Shown piece after piece: positions 20,535-30,275 of a stretch of 64,000 nt of DNA. Position 1 is the stretch's first letter. Every line of letters starts with the position of its first letter. Source of the DNA: Candidatus Latescibacterota bacterium. GTDB taxonomy: Bacteria; Latescibacterota; UBA2968; UBA8231. The stretch lies in contig OZ242214.1 of NCBI GenBank assembly GCA_965206595.1, forward strand, positions 6,176,001 to 6,240,000, given 5' to 3'. The translations under genes were made by a program, and so were the position numbers. Under the pieces are notes generated by a model. That model searched no databases and was not told the origin of the DNA. It worked only from the letters and a program-made list of their open reading frames with translations.

Positions 20535-21057
20535 ATGTTTCCTCTCCGCAAGGTAGAGATCCGCCGGCTCTTCGAGCAGACCCCCCGTGACTACCCACCC
20601 CGGTGCGAGATCTCCTTCCTGCTTCAGAACTTCGATGACCGCAACGTCGGTTCGATGTTCCGCATCGCCGACGCGGTCGGGGCCAGCGAGATCGTCTGCA
20701 CGGGACAAACCCCACTCCACCTCACGAAGAGATCGACCGCACTTCGAGAGGACACGACCGCCGCGTTTCCTGGCGCCGCCTTCCGAGGATCGATGAGGCA
20801 CGAAGAAACTAAAGGCGGAAGGGCATCATCTGGTGGCTCTCGAGACGGCGCGGGAAACCTGTTGCTATCTCGACTATCCGTATCCCGAGCGCACCTGTCT
20901 GGTCCTCGGCAACGAAACGAAGAGAGTCCTGGCGGCGGACCCTGGGGGACTCTGCGACGGCGCAGTTTTCGTCCCGATGTACGGAAAGGGGCCGTCGATG
21001 AACGTCCACGTCGCCGCCGCCATCGTCGCCTACCAGGCACGGATCGGACACCGCTGA
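20535..21057 (+). pseudogene. TrmH/SpoU-family RNA methyltransferase, frameshifted
   Basis: SpoU motifs spread over three frames: LQNFDDRNVGSMFRIADAVGA, then (from ~20711) PTPPHEEIDRTSRGHDRRVSW, then (from ~20800) VALET...LVLGNE...FVPMYGKGPSMNVHVAAAIVAY. Confidence 0.8.
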
Positions 21058-21184
21058 TCAGCGGGCAGGACGAATCGGTTGGAGAGTTATTCAGTTGGCG
21101 GGCAGCCGTGAAAACCGGGTAAGGTTACAGCGGCATCCAGATAGAAGAAGCACCAACCTTCCCATCCCTGGGGTTTGATCGAGG

Positions 21185-22753
21185 TCATCCCGCGAGCTGG
21201 TTCTCCAGGCGGCGGTACTCCTCGGCCAGATCGTCGTAGACGGCCCGGGCAGCAGCGTCAGGCTGCAGCGTCGAACCAGGAACCGGTTTTGCGAACGGAG
21301 CGACTGTGTCGGGCCAGCTGCGCTCCGTCCCCACCTGCTTGAAGTGGCCGTGGGCGGCGCGCAGCGCCGCCCCAAGGGCGGCGGAGTTGGTCGTCTGGAA
21401 GCGATGCACGGGAGCTCCGTGCACGTTGGAGAAGATGCGCAGGATTTCGGTGTTTGCCGATGCCCCTCCGGTCACCGAAAGCGAACCTACCGGCACCTGC
21501 ATCCACTCGCAGTGAATCCGCGAGGATAGGGCCTGCGCCTCGATTACCGCCCTGACGTTTGCGTCGGCATCGGTGGGGTCGAGTCCCTTGCGAACCACCC
21601 CTGGCAGGGTGACGCGGGGAACGATCTCGGCGTCGAAGTAGGGAAGCATGAGGGCGCCTCCGTTCCCCGCTCCGGTGCGCTGCAGGGCGGCTGTGAACGT
21701 CGTCCAGTCGAGGCTGTGTTCGTCCCTGACGGCCTCCCTCGCAAGGCTGCCGTTCATGAAACAGACGAGGGCCATATAGTTGCGCCCATCGGGAGATGCG
21801 AAGACCGCCCCCTCTCCCGAAGCGGAAACCCGCGGTTCCCCCATGCAGGCAAACAGCGTGTCCGAGGTGCCGAGACTCAGCGCCACCTGCCCCGGCTCGA
21901 CCAGCCCCAGGCCGATCAGGCTGCTGGGGTTGTCCCCCGAAAAAGGTAGCACCTGGCATCCAGGAGCGAAGCCGTAGCAGCCGGCGAACCGGGGGCTGAT
22001 GGTGCCGGCAGAGCGGTCGGAGGGGGTGACCGGAAGGAGCTTGGCGGACAACCCGGGTGCGGTCGCCGCCATCGCCTCGGGGCTCCACCGGCGCGTTCGG
22101 ATCTCCATGAGGTTGGTGCCGCTGCCGTCGCCGGGATCGACTCCGATCAGCCGTCCTGCAAGGAGACTGGCGATAAACGAGCTGACCAGGCAGACCGTTG
22201 CGGTTGCCCGGTAGCCTTCGGGGTCGGTCTGGAAGAATTTGCGAATCTGAGGGCCGCTGAAGCGCTCGAATGCGGCGTTGCCGGTCAGCTCCAGGAGCCA
22301 TTCCCGGCCTCCGACGCCAGCCTCGATCTCCCGGCACTGAGCCGCGGTCGACGAGTCCATCCAGATCGGAGCGGTGGCGCGCGAGAAGATGCCGGAAAGC
22401 GCCTCGACAGGGGACTCCCCTGAATCGAACCGCGCCAGGGAAGAGCCTGCGGTTGCGTTCAGGTAGACGGTTCCGTGCTGTTGTCCGCAGCCGGAAACCG
22501 CGGCTATGGAAGCGAGATCGCATCTGTCTCTCAGCCTTTGGAGCAGAAGGTCGAGGGCCTCGACCCACATCAGGGGAGGGGCGTGCACTACTCCCGGAGC
22601 GAGCTCGAGGACCCCGTTCTCAACGCCGTAGCGGTCGCCGAAGTGCTCGTCGAACAGAACGGACTCCTCGGCGACGATGGCTTCCGTCGCGCAATCGATG
22701 ACCAATCCGGTCATCGATTGCGTGCTGGCATCGATGCCGAGAAACTTGCTCAT
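21185..22753 (-). CDS. Xylulokinase, FGGY family, XYLB/XKS1-like subtype
   Basis: LGIDASTQS, SGCGQQHGTVY, PIWMDSST, FERFSGPQIRKF, LVSSFIASL, GDNPSSL, SLGTSDT, NGSLARE, VTGGASAN, SAALGAALRA. Confidence 0.9.
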   Translation of the reverse strand: MSKFLGIDASTQSMTGLVIDCATEAIVAEESVLFDEHFGDRYGVENGVLELAPGVVHAPPLMWVEALDLLLQRLRDRCDLASIAAVSGCGQQHGTVYLNATAGSSLARFDSGESPVEALSGIFSRATAPIWMDSSTAAQCREIEAGVGGREWLLELTGNAAFERFSGPQIRKFFQTDPEGYRATATVCLVSSFIASLLAGRLIGVDPGDGSGTNLMEIRTRRWSPEAMAATAPGLSAKLLPVTPSDRSAGTISPRFAGCYGFAPGCQVLPFSGDNPSSLIGLGLVEPGQVALSLGTSDTLFACMGEPRVSASGEGAVFASPDGRNYMALVCFMNGSLAREAVRDEHSLDWTTFTAALQRTGAGNGGALMLPYFDAEIVPRVTLPGVVRKGLDPTDADANVRAVIEAQALSSRIHCEWMQVPVGSLSVTGGASANTEILRIFSNVHGAPVHRFQTTNSAALGAALRAAHGHFKQVGTERSWPDTVAPFAKPVPGSTLQPDAAARAVYDDLAEEYRRLENQLAG

Positions 22754-22827
22754 GAAAATGGCCTTGGTTAGGTTGACTGGCCCCCCGAAAACGTCCAGCA
22801 GCGAAATACTCGCACAGATCAGGCTGC

Positions 22828-24174
22828 ATGCCAAGCCTCAGAGAGACCGATCCGGATGTCGCCGGCATCCTGGACGCCGAGAACCGCCGCCAGCATCAGA
22901 AAATCCGCCTGATTCCGTCGGAGAACTACAGCAGCCGCGCGGTGCTCGAGGCGACCGGCTCAATCCTGGCCAACAAGTACTTAGAAGGGTACGCCGGCGA
23001 CCGCTATTACGAGGGGCAGCAGCAGATAGACCGCCTCGAGGAGCTGTGCGTGCAGCGGGCGAAGGAGCTGTTCGGAGCAGAGCACGTCAACGTCCAGCCG
23101 TACTCGGGATCCCCGGCAAACCAGGCGGTCTACGTCGCCTTCGCAAAACCGGGGGACAAGGTCATGGGTATGTCGCTGGCTCACGGCGGCCACCTGACGC
23201 ACGGGGCCGAGGTCAGCGTCTCGGGCCGGTTTTACGAACCGGTGTCCTACGGGGTCGATCCGGCGAGCGGCCGGCTCGACTACGGTGAAATCGCCGACCT
23301 GGTCCAGTGCCACCGGCCGAAGCTCCTCTTCTGCGGCGCCACTGCCTATCCGCGCGTCATCGATTTCGAGCGCTTTGCCGAGATCGGGCGGGAGGCCGGC
23401 GCCGTCGTGGTGGCCGACATCGCCCACATCTCCGGCCTCGTCGCCGCCGGTGTCCACCCCAGCCCGGTGCCGCACGTCGACATCGTGACGACGACGACCC
23501 ACAAGACCCTGCGGGGTCCGAGGGGCGGCATGATCATGTGCCGCGCCGAATACGCGGAGGCGGTCGACAAGGCCGTGTTTCCCGGGTTGCAGGGAGGTCC
23601 CCACAACCACGCGACTGCGGCGACCGCGGTGGCGCTGAAGGAAGCGGGGTCCGAGGAATTCCGGGAGTACGCAGCGCGGGTGGTCAGCAACGCGAGAACC
23701 CTTGCGGGCGCGCTGAGCGCGCGCAACTTCGACCTGGTCTCCGGGGGCACCGACAATCACCTGCTGCTGATCGACGTGACCAACAAGCGGCTCACCGGCC
23801 ACCAGATGGCCAAGGCCCTCGACGCAGCCGGCATCGTCTGCAATCGCAACCTGGTACCGGGAGATCCGCGGCCGGCGCGCCGGCCCAGCGGTATCCGCAT
23901 CGGCACGCCTGCGATCACCAGCCGGGGCTTCGGTGACGAGCAGATGGTGCAGCTGGCGGGCTGGATGGAGCAGGTGGCGGCCGCCAGGGCTGATGACGCC
24001 TTGGACCTGGAGGGACGGCGGACGCTATACAGAGAGATTGCCGGGCAGGTGAGGAAACTGTGCGACCCCTTCCCGGCGCCCGGTCTGGACTACCCGGCGG
24101 GCCGGGCGAGTGAGAACCGCGGTTGCACGGATACCCAGGAAAGGGCGGATCCCAGGAGGCGGCACAGTCGATGA
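22828..24174 (+). CDS. glyA: Serine hydroxymethyltransferase
   Basis: LIPSENY, NKYLEGY, NVQPYSGSPAN, HGGHLTHG, TTTTHKTLRGPRGG (PLP lysine), FPGLQGGP, SGGTDNHL, SGIRIGTPA. Confidence 0.95.
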   Translation: MPSLRETDPDVAGILDAENRRQHQKIRLIPSENYSSRAVLEATGSILANKYLEGYAGDRYYEGQQQIDRLEELCVQRAKELFGAEHVNVQPYSGSPANQAVYVAFAKPGDKVMGMSLAHGGHLTHGAEVSVSGRFYEPVSYGVDPASGRLDYGEIADLVQCHRPKLLFCGATAYPRVIDFERFAEIGREAGAVVVADIAHISGLVAAGVHPSPVPHVDIVTTTTHKTLRGPRGGMIMCRAEYAEAVDKAVFPGLQGGPHNHATAATAVALKEAGSEEFREYAARVVSNARTLAGALSARNFDLVSGGTDNHLLLIDVTNKRLTGHQMAKALDAAGIVCNRNLVPGDPRPARRPSGIRIGTPAITSRGFGDEQMVQLAGWMEQVAAARADDALDLEGRRTLYREIAGQVRKLCDPFPAPGLDYPAGRASENRGCTDTQERADPRRRHSR

Positions 24175-25385
24175 GCAACGTGCGAGGAAACGTGTACTCC
24201 CGGCTCGGAGTGCGCACCATCATCAATGCCGCAGGGCCGTCGACGCGCCTCAGTGGTTCGATCATGCCTCCGGAAGTAGCGGCGGCGATGAGCGAGGCAT
24301 CGCAGTTCTGCGTAGATATCGCCGAACTGCAGGGGAGGGCCTGCGAGAGGATCGCCGGGATCACCGGGGCGGAGGCGGGCTACGTGACCAGCGGGGCCGC
24401 CGCCGGGCTGCTGCTCGGCACCGCTGCCTGCGTCACCGGTCTCGACCCGGACAGGATGAACCGGCTTCCCGACACGACCGGCATGCGCAACGAAGTGATC
24501 ATGGCGCGCAGCCATCGCAACTTCTACGACCACGCGATTCGCACGACCGGAATACGGTTAGTGGAGGTGGGCATTGCCGACCGCTTCAGCGGCGCCGGGG
24601 TCAGGGACGCCGAACCCTGGGAAATCCAGGCGGCGATCAACGACAAGACCGCGGCGATCTGCTACGTAGCGTACAGCCATACGCAACCGCCACTGCCCGA
24701 GGTCGCCGTTGTCGGGCGCGCCGCAGGGGTCCCGGTCATCGTCGACGCCGCCGGTCAGCTGCCGCCGGCAGGTAACCTGAAGCGCTTCATCGCCGAGGGC
24801 GCCGACCTCGTGGTCTTCAGCGGCGGCAAGGCGATACGGGGTCCGCAGAGTTCGGGCATACTGTGCGGACGACGTGACCTCGTCCAGGCCGCGGCCCTGC
24901 AGCACCTCGATCTCGACATCTACTGGGAGCAGTGGAATCCGCCGGCGGTCCTGATCGACAAGGAGCGCCTGCCCGGAGCGCCGCATCACGGCATCGGACG
25001 TCCTTGCAAGGTGGGCAAGGAGGAGATCGTCGGACTGCTGACGGCGTTGGAGTTGTTCGTCGAGGAGGATGGGGAAGCGCGCCGGAAGCGCTGGTTCGAC
25101 CTGATGCAATCGCTGCAGGAATCGCTCACCGGCCTGCGGTGGAGCGAGGCCCTTCTGGTCGACGATCCGAAGCGCTCGGAGATTCCGGTGGTACACCTGA
25201 AACTGGACGAGGCCAACCTGGGAAAGACGGCGATGCAGGTCGTCTGCGAGCTTCAGGAAGGGGACCCGGCCATTCACGCCAACCCATCGCATGTGCGCGA
25301 CGGCATCGTCGCCTTCGGGCCGCTCTGCCTGAAGGAGGAGGAGCTGGGCAAGATCGCCGCCCAGCTGGTCCGGATCATCGGCTAG
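24171..25385 (+). CDS. SelA-like PLP-dependent enzyme (DgaE/D-glucosaminate-6-phosphate ammonia-lyase-like)
   Basis: LGVRTIINAAG..TRLSGS, VTSGAAAGL, VPVIVDAA, GADLVVFSGGKAIRGPQSSG, IGRPCKVGKEEIVGL. ATGA overlap with glyA; AGGAGG RBS. Confidence 0.88.
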   Translation: MSNVRGNVYSRLGVRTIINAAGPSTRLSGSIMPPEVAAAMSEASQFCVDIAELQGRACERIAGITGAEAGYVTSGAAAGLLLGTAACVTGLDPDRMNRLPDTTGMRNEVIMARSHRNFYDHAIRTTGIRLVEVGIADRFSGAGVRDAEPWEIQAAINDKTAAICYVAYSHTQPPLPEVAVVGRAAGVPVIVDAAGQLPPAGNLKRFIAEGADLVVFSGGKAIRGPQSSGILCGRRDLVQAAALQHLDLDIYWEQWNPPAVLIDKERLPGAPHHGIGRPCKVGKEEIVGLLTALELFVEEDGEARRKRWFDLMQSLQESLTGLRWSEALLVDDPKRSEIPVVHLKLDEANLGKTAMQVVCELQEGDPAIHANPSHVRDGIVAFGPLCLKEEELGKIAAQLVRIIG

Positions 25386-25435
25386 CGACACCTCTTGGGA
25401 TGTCGGGAATCAGGGTTCCCGCAAGGCCTTGCGGT

Positions 25436-25975
25436 TCACCTTGCCCCGTATTTGGCCAGCACTACCCCCCAGGTCCCCTGCGCCTTCATCACCAGCTCGA
25501 TTACTTCCCTGATCGCCCCGCTGCCCCCCGGCGTGGTCGTTACGTAGTCCGCCCGCTCCTTGACCTCCGGACGAGCGTTGGCCACGGCGACGCCGAGGCC
25601 CACCCTGTCGATGAGGGGAATGTCGGGAAGGTCGTCTCCTAGGTAGGCGACCTCCTCGTCACCCACACCGGCGGCGGCGCAGATCTCCTCGTAGGGAGGT
25701 GTTTTCTCCAGGTATCCCTGGCGGATGTAGGTGATGCCGAGCATCTGCGCGCGATGGGTCACCCCCGGGGAATCGCGCCCGCTTATCAGACCGCTCGGCA
25801 GTCCCGACCCGTGCGCCCAGCGCAGCGCCATGCCGTCCTGGGCGTGCGACTGCTTGACCTCGACCATGCCTCCGTCCGGTCCGGGAACGTAGAACAGGTT
25901 CCCGTCGGTCCAGACCCCGTCGACGTCCATAAGCAGCAGGCGGATTCCGGCTGCCTTTCGTTCCGCGTCGTTCAT
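25436..25975 (-). CDS. kdsC: KDO-8-phosphate phosphatase (HAD superfamily)
   Basis: LMDVDGVWTDG, DGMAL, ISGR, YLGDDLPD, PGGSGAIRE. Confidence 0.88.
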   Translation of the reverse strand: MNDAERKAAGIRLLLMDVDGVWTDGNLFYVPGPDGGMVEVKQSHAQDGMALRWAHGSGLPSGLISGRDSPGVTHRAQMLGITYIRQGYLEKTPPYEEICAAAGVGDEEVAYLGDDLPDIPLIDRVGLGVAVANARPEVKERADYVTTTPGGSGAIREVIELVMKAQGTWGVVLAKYGAR

Positions 25976-27126
25976 GTCGCCGGTCCGCCGGGCTCAGGCC
26001 GGAGCGGGACTGCTCCGCTCTGCGATTCGATGGCAGCGAGAAGCTTGTCGAACGGCTCGACGAACAGCCGCACCGCGTCCACCTGGAGTTGGTCGGTCAC
26101 CTCCTTCATCGAGATCCCCAGTTCCTCGATCCGGTCCATGATTCGCTGCGCCTCGTCGAGGTTCTCTTCCAGGGAAGGCCGCACCTCCCCGTGGTCCCTG
26201 AATGCCTTCAGCGTCGCCTCGGGCATGGTGTTTACCGTGTCTGCTCCGATAAGCTCCTCGACGTACATCACGTCGCGGTATTCGGGATTCTTGGTGCTGG
26301 TGCTTGCCCACAGCAACCGCTGCGGCCTGCCCCCCTGCGCCGCCAGGGTGCGCCAGCGCTCTCCGGCGAACAGTTCGCCGTAGCGGCGGTACGCCAGCTT
26401 GGCGTTGGCAACGGCGGTCTTTCCGATCAGGCTGCGCAGCTCCTCCGCTTCGGAGGCGGACGCTCCTTCCATGCGCTGCTCGATGAGCCCATCGACCATG
26501 GTGTCGATGCGGCTGACGAAGAAACTCGCGACGCTTGCCACCGCACCCGGGTCGCCGCCGCGGCTAATGAGCTTTTCGAGGCCGGCCATATAGGCCTCGA
26601 CGACCTCGACGTAGTTCCGGCGCGAGAACAGCAAGGTGATGTTGATGTTGAGTCCTTCTCCTATCAGGCACTCGACAGCCGGCACTCCCTCCGGGGTGCC
26701 CGGGACTTTTATCATCAGGTTCGGGCGACCCACTGCGGCGGCCAGTCTCAGGGCTTCGTCGATGGAGGCCTGAGTGTCCCTGGCCAAGTGTGGCGAAACT
26801 TCGAGAGATATGAAACCGTCCCACCCTCCGGTCTCTTCATGTACGGGCAGCAGCAAGTCGGCTCCCCACTGGATATCCTCGACAGCGATCGTCTCGTAGA
26901 TCTCCACCGGCGACCGGCCCGACCCCGCCAGGTGTCCCAGGGCTCCTTTGTAGTCACTCGATCCCGCGATCGCTTTCTCGAAGATCGCTGGGTTCGAGGT
27001 CACTCCGCGCACGCCGTCAGCGGCGATCAACCGCTGCAGCTCGCCGGCAGTGATCATGCCGCGGCTGATGGTGTCGTACCAGACGCTCTGCCCGCGACTT
27101 TGGAGGTCCAGCAGTGGGTTCGACAT
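25972..27126 (-). CDS. tal: Transaldolase (long actinobacterial/cyanobacterial type)
   Basis: GQSVWYD, GVTSNPAIF, SLEVSP, NLMIKVPGT, NINITLLFS, SVASFFVSRID, QRLLWASTSTKNP, TVNTMP. Confidence 0.95.
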   Translation of the reverse strand: MSNPLLDLQSRGQSVWYDTISRGMITAGELQRLIAADGVRGVTSNPAIFEKAIAGSSDYKGALGHLAGSGRSPVEIYETIAVEDIQWGADLLLPVHEETGGWDGFISLEVSPHLARDTQASIDEALRLAAAVGRPNLMIKVPGTPEGVPAVECLIGEGLNINITLLFSRRNYVEVVEAYMAGLEKLISRGGDPGAVASVASFFVSRIDTMVDGLIEQRMEGASASEAEELRSLIGKTAVANAKLAYRRYGELFAGERWRTLAAQGGRPQRLLWASTSTKNPEYRDVMYVEELIGADTVNTMPEATLKAFRDHGEVRPSLEENLDEAQRIMDRIEELGISMKEVTDQLQVDAVRLFVEPFDKLLAAIESQSGAVPLRPEPGGPAT

Positions 27127-27344
27127 TTTGATTTTCTCCGGGTCGCCGTCAGGACGCGGCACCGGAAAACCGGGGCAGCGACAGAGGGGGACGGCTGTTG
27201 TTAGGGTCCGAAATATCCCGCTTGCAGCCCTCCCTCGCAAACGCCTGAGGCCCCCTGCGGCAGTCCTTTCCGGAGCGGATTTCCCGCTCCGGCATCAGGC
27301 GGCAAGCCGGGCGGCCAGCAGCCGGGTCGAACCGGGAACGCTTC

Positions 27345-27374
27345 TTGCCCGGCCCGCCGAAGTCGATGTATACT
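27345..27374 (+). promoter_or_regulatory. Putative sigma70-type promoter for the kinase-bactofilin genes
   Basis: TTGCCC-N18-TATACT in an AT-rich divergent intergenic region. Confidence 0.4.
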
Positions 27375-27436
27375 TACCACAAACAACAACATATGAATAT
27401 TTGACCCCGGCAGTTTCTCGCGATTCACGCGGTGGT

Positions 27437-28669
27437 ATGGCGACCATAATCGACGGCAAGAGGCGCATTCCCTTCATGCGGGGAATGCTCGTGCATCACC
27501 TGATTCAGCTCGGTTTCGATTACGACCAGGCCTACGAGCTGGCGGATGATGTGCGCGCCGCTCTGCGCGAGAAAACGGATGTCGACAAGAAGGAGATCAC
27601 CCGCGTCATCCGGCAGCTGCTCGTCACCCATCACAAGGACCAGCCGGTTGGCGACCTCGTTTTCTGGGAACCGCGGCCCATGAGCGTTACCGTCGGCAGC
27701 AGGCCGTTCTCCGGGGAAATGTTGTCCAACTCGATCCAGGCTTCCGGCCTGCCGGCGGACCAGTCGTTCGAAATCGCCCGGGACATCGAGACCCCGCTGA
27801 TAGACAGCCGGCGCGGAAACATACCGGACGGGGAATTGCAGCTGCTCGTCGCGGGCCTACTCGCGGAACGGCACGGCGTGGACTATTCCGATCGCTACCA
27901 GGTCTGGCGGGCGTGGGGAGACCTCGACAAGCCGCTGGTAATTCTCATCGGGGGAGCGAGCGGGGTCGGCAAGACATCGCTGGCGACCGACCTTGCCCAC
28001 CTGCTGAACATCCCCCGCGTGGTGGCCACCGACGATATCCGGCAGATCATGCGTCTGACGCTGGCGCCCGAGTTCGTGCCAGCGATTCACACCTCCTCCT
28101 ATTCGGCGTGGTCCTCCCTTCGGGATTCAGGCACATCCGATGCCGTCATCGAGGGATACAACGAACAGGCCCGGGTCGTCGCCGTCGGCGTTCAGGCCAT
28201 CCTCGCCCGTTGCATCGAGGAGAACAGCAGCGTCATCATCGACGGCGTGCACGTCCTTTCCCCGTACATAGATCTCTCCTCGACCCGGGACGCGGCGTTC
28301 GTGGCTCCTCTCTGCCTGGCCGTGAGCGACCGCGCTTCCTACGCGGCGCGTTTCGCCAAACGCGCTCGCGAAGCCCCCAGGCGGCAGCGCAATCGATATC
28401 TCGACAACCTCGATCATATCATGCACATCCAGGAATACCTAGTTGGCCGCTGCGTGCAGGAGGACATTCCGGTGATCGACGCCGATGCGGTCGAGGATGA
28501 GACGAGCGCCGCGGTCATGGTGGTGGTAGAGCGGCTGCAGGAGCAGGAGGAGGTGCGCGCAAGGCTGGCGGTAACCGGAAAAAACGGCAAATCCGCGGGA
28601 AAGAAGAAGAGGCAAAGGCAAAACGCAGGCAGGCAGTCAAGGCCGCAACAAGGGAAAGTGAGGGCGTAA
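27437..28669 (+). CDS. 2-phosphoglycerate kinase-like protein with ATP-cone domains
   Basis: PFMRGML and RPFSGEMLSNSIQASG (ATP-cone starts); RYQVWR..PLVILIGGASGVGKT, TDDIRQIMR, IHTSSY, IDGVHV. Confidence 0.8.
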   Translation: MATIIDGKRRIPFMRGMLVHHLIQLGFDYDQAYELADDVRAALREKTDVDKKEITRVIRQLLVTHHKDQPVGDLVFWEPRPMSVTVGSRPFSGEMLSNSIQASGLPADQSFEIARDIETPLIDSRRGNIPDGELQLLVAGLLAERHGVDYSDRYQVWRAWGDLDKPLVILIGGASGVGKTSLATDLAHLLNIPRVVATDDIRQIMRLTLAPEFVPAIHTSSYSAWSSLRDSGTSDAVIEGYNEQARVVAVGVQAILARCIEENSSVIIDGVHVLSPYIDLSSTRDAAFVAPLCLAVSDRASYAARFAKRAREAPRRQRNRYLDNLDHIMHIQEYLVGRCVQEDIPVIDADAVEDETSAAVMVVVERLQEQEEVRARLAVTGKNGKSAGKKKRQRQNAGRQSRPQQGKVRA

Positions 28670-28670
28670 A

Positions 28671-29087
28671 ATGCTTGGAAGGAAAGAGAACGGCACCGCA
28701 AACGGAAGCGGACAACCCCTCAACACGATCATTGGCAGCGGCACCTTGTTCGAGGGCACCATGAAGGTGGACAACAGCGTCCGCGTCGACGGCATCTTCA
28801 AGGGCGAGCTATCCTGTTCCGGAGCCCTGACCATCAGTCAGTCGGGGGAAGCCTACGCCCAGATCGAAGGGGTGGACATCTACATAAACGGCACAGTCAG
28901 GGGTACCGTGCGCGCCGAAAAGGTCCGCCTCGACAGCCAGGCGCGCTTCGTCGGCGATGTCCATACCAGCTCCCTGTCGGTCTCCGAAGGAGCCGTCTTC
29001 CACGGCAACTGCGTCATGGAGGCGGCCGGCGAAGTCGAAGAGCCGGAAAACCTGGAGCCGGCAAAGCTGCTGCCGATGGAGGGGTAG
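28671..29087 (+). CDS. Bactofilin (polymer-forming cytoskeletal protein)
   Basis: NTIIGSGTLFEG, VRVDGIFKG, INGTVRG, GDVHTSSLSVSEGAVFHGNCVM. Confidence 0.92.
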   Translation: MLGRKENGTANGSGQPLNTIIGSGTLFEGTMKVDNSVRVDGIFKGELSCSGALTISQSGEAYAQIEGVDIYINGTVRGTVRAEKVRLDSQARFVGDVHTSSLSVSEGAVFHGNCVMEAAGEVEEPENLEPAKLLPMEG

Positions 29088-29182
29088 TATTCCGGCGTCG
29101 GGCGGCCATCCCGGAGCACGCCGGCCAGACGATCCGTCCGCAAGGGAGAATCCGCAGCTCCCGCCGCCGTTGACCGCCTCAC

Positions 29183-30205
29183 CTACCTGCGCATCAGGAA
29201 GAACCTGAGATCGGGGTACACCCGGATCGCAGGGGCGGGCAGGTGGATCCAGTTGAGCTGGGATTTCAGCGGTTTCAACCAGGCCGCCTCACCAGGGAAT
29301 GGACGGACATCGAAGTCGAAGGCGATCAGGATCTCCGGTCGCCCGTCCGGCAGATCTTCGTACTCCCGGAAAGCCCCCTTGCTTTTGACGTTGCTTCCGT
29401 GGAGGCCGATGGCGCTGTATCCCAGCGCCAGTCCGAGAAAACCAGGCCAGATGCGAGCCCCCCGTTCCGGAAGAAGCTGCTCGACGGCCACTGTCATCCA
29501 GAACGTCATGCCCTGGTAGTCGTCGATCAGGTGATCGGTGTGGGGCCGCTCCGCTCGCGAGCGCTGGATGCGCTCGCGATAGAGTGGGGACGGCCAGTAG
29601 CTGAATTTGAAGCCCAAGGCGCGGCTCGGTGGACAGGTGGCGTAAACCAGCGGCACCGCCGCTCCCAAGGTGTTGAAAACGAAATCCGGGACGCTGAAGC
29701 CCCAGTGGACGAAATAGGCGTCGCGCATTTCGATTTCGAACAGGGCCCCCCAGCTCGTGAGGGTACCTAGGGCCGTAGCAGGCATGGGGCGGAACCCCGC
29801 CCAGGAATAGGCATTGGTGAACAGGCTCGACAGAAACAGGCCGCCCATGAAGTGGCCGCCCTTGTCTAGGTTGAGGTAGGTGTCGCCCGACCAGTCGTTG
29901 ATCCAGCGGATCGAGTTGCGCTTTTCCCCCTGGTACCAGGCGCGGTCGAAATAGCGGAACCCGAGATAGTGGATGGCGGCGCCGGCACCGCACAGGGCAA
30001 GCAACCGGTTGAGGCGGACGCGATGGTTTCCCGCCGGTTCGTGCTCCTGGCCCTCGATACCGGACGCCTCATCGCTGGAGGCGGCTTCGGCGGCAACGGG
30101 GCAGGCGGTGGCGGCGACCGCCAGGAACAGGGCAGGAGAACACCGCAAACAGGCCGCCAGCTTGTATCGCAATCGTCGGAACCGCTTTACCTTACAGGTG
30201 TTCAA
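29183..30205 (-). CDS. YfiM/DUF2279-family membrane or lipoprotein
   Basis: WY...DW....DKGGH, IEMRDAY..WGFSVPDFVFNTLG, FKFSY, IDDYQGMTFW, LALGY. Start position uncertain. Confidence 0.75.
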   Translation of the reverse strand: MNTCKVKRFRRLRYKLAACLRCSPALFLAVAATACPVAAEAASSDEASGIEGQEHEPAGNHRVRLNRLLALCGAGAAIHYLGFRYFDRAWYQGEKRNSIRWINDWSGDTYLNLDKGGHFMGGLFLSSLFTNAYSWAGFRPMPATALGTLTSWGALFEIEMRDAYFVHWGFSVPDFVFNTLGAAVPLVYATCPPSRALGFKFSYWPSPLYRERIQRSRAERPHTDHLIDDYQGMTFWMTVAVEQLLPERGARIWPGFLGLALGYSAIGLHGSNVKSKGAFREYEDLPDGRPEILIAFDFDVRPFPGEAAWLKPLKSQLNWIHLPAPAIRVYPDLRFFLMRR

Positions 30206-30275
30206 GTAGTTGTAGTTAATGTATTAAGGGACAACGGCAATCGAAAACGCCGCCGACAGACCGGCAGCCGGGTAG

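Noticed and set aside
24171-25385. True selenocysteine synthase SelA
   Set aside because: No selB, selC or selD nearby, and the motifs fit the SelA-like/DgaE subfamily better
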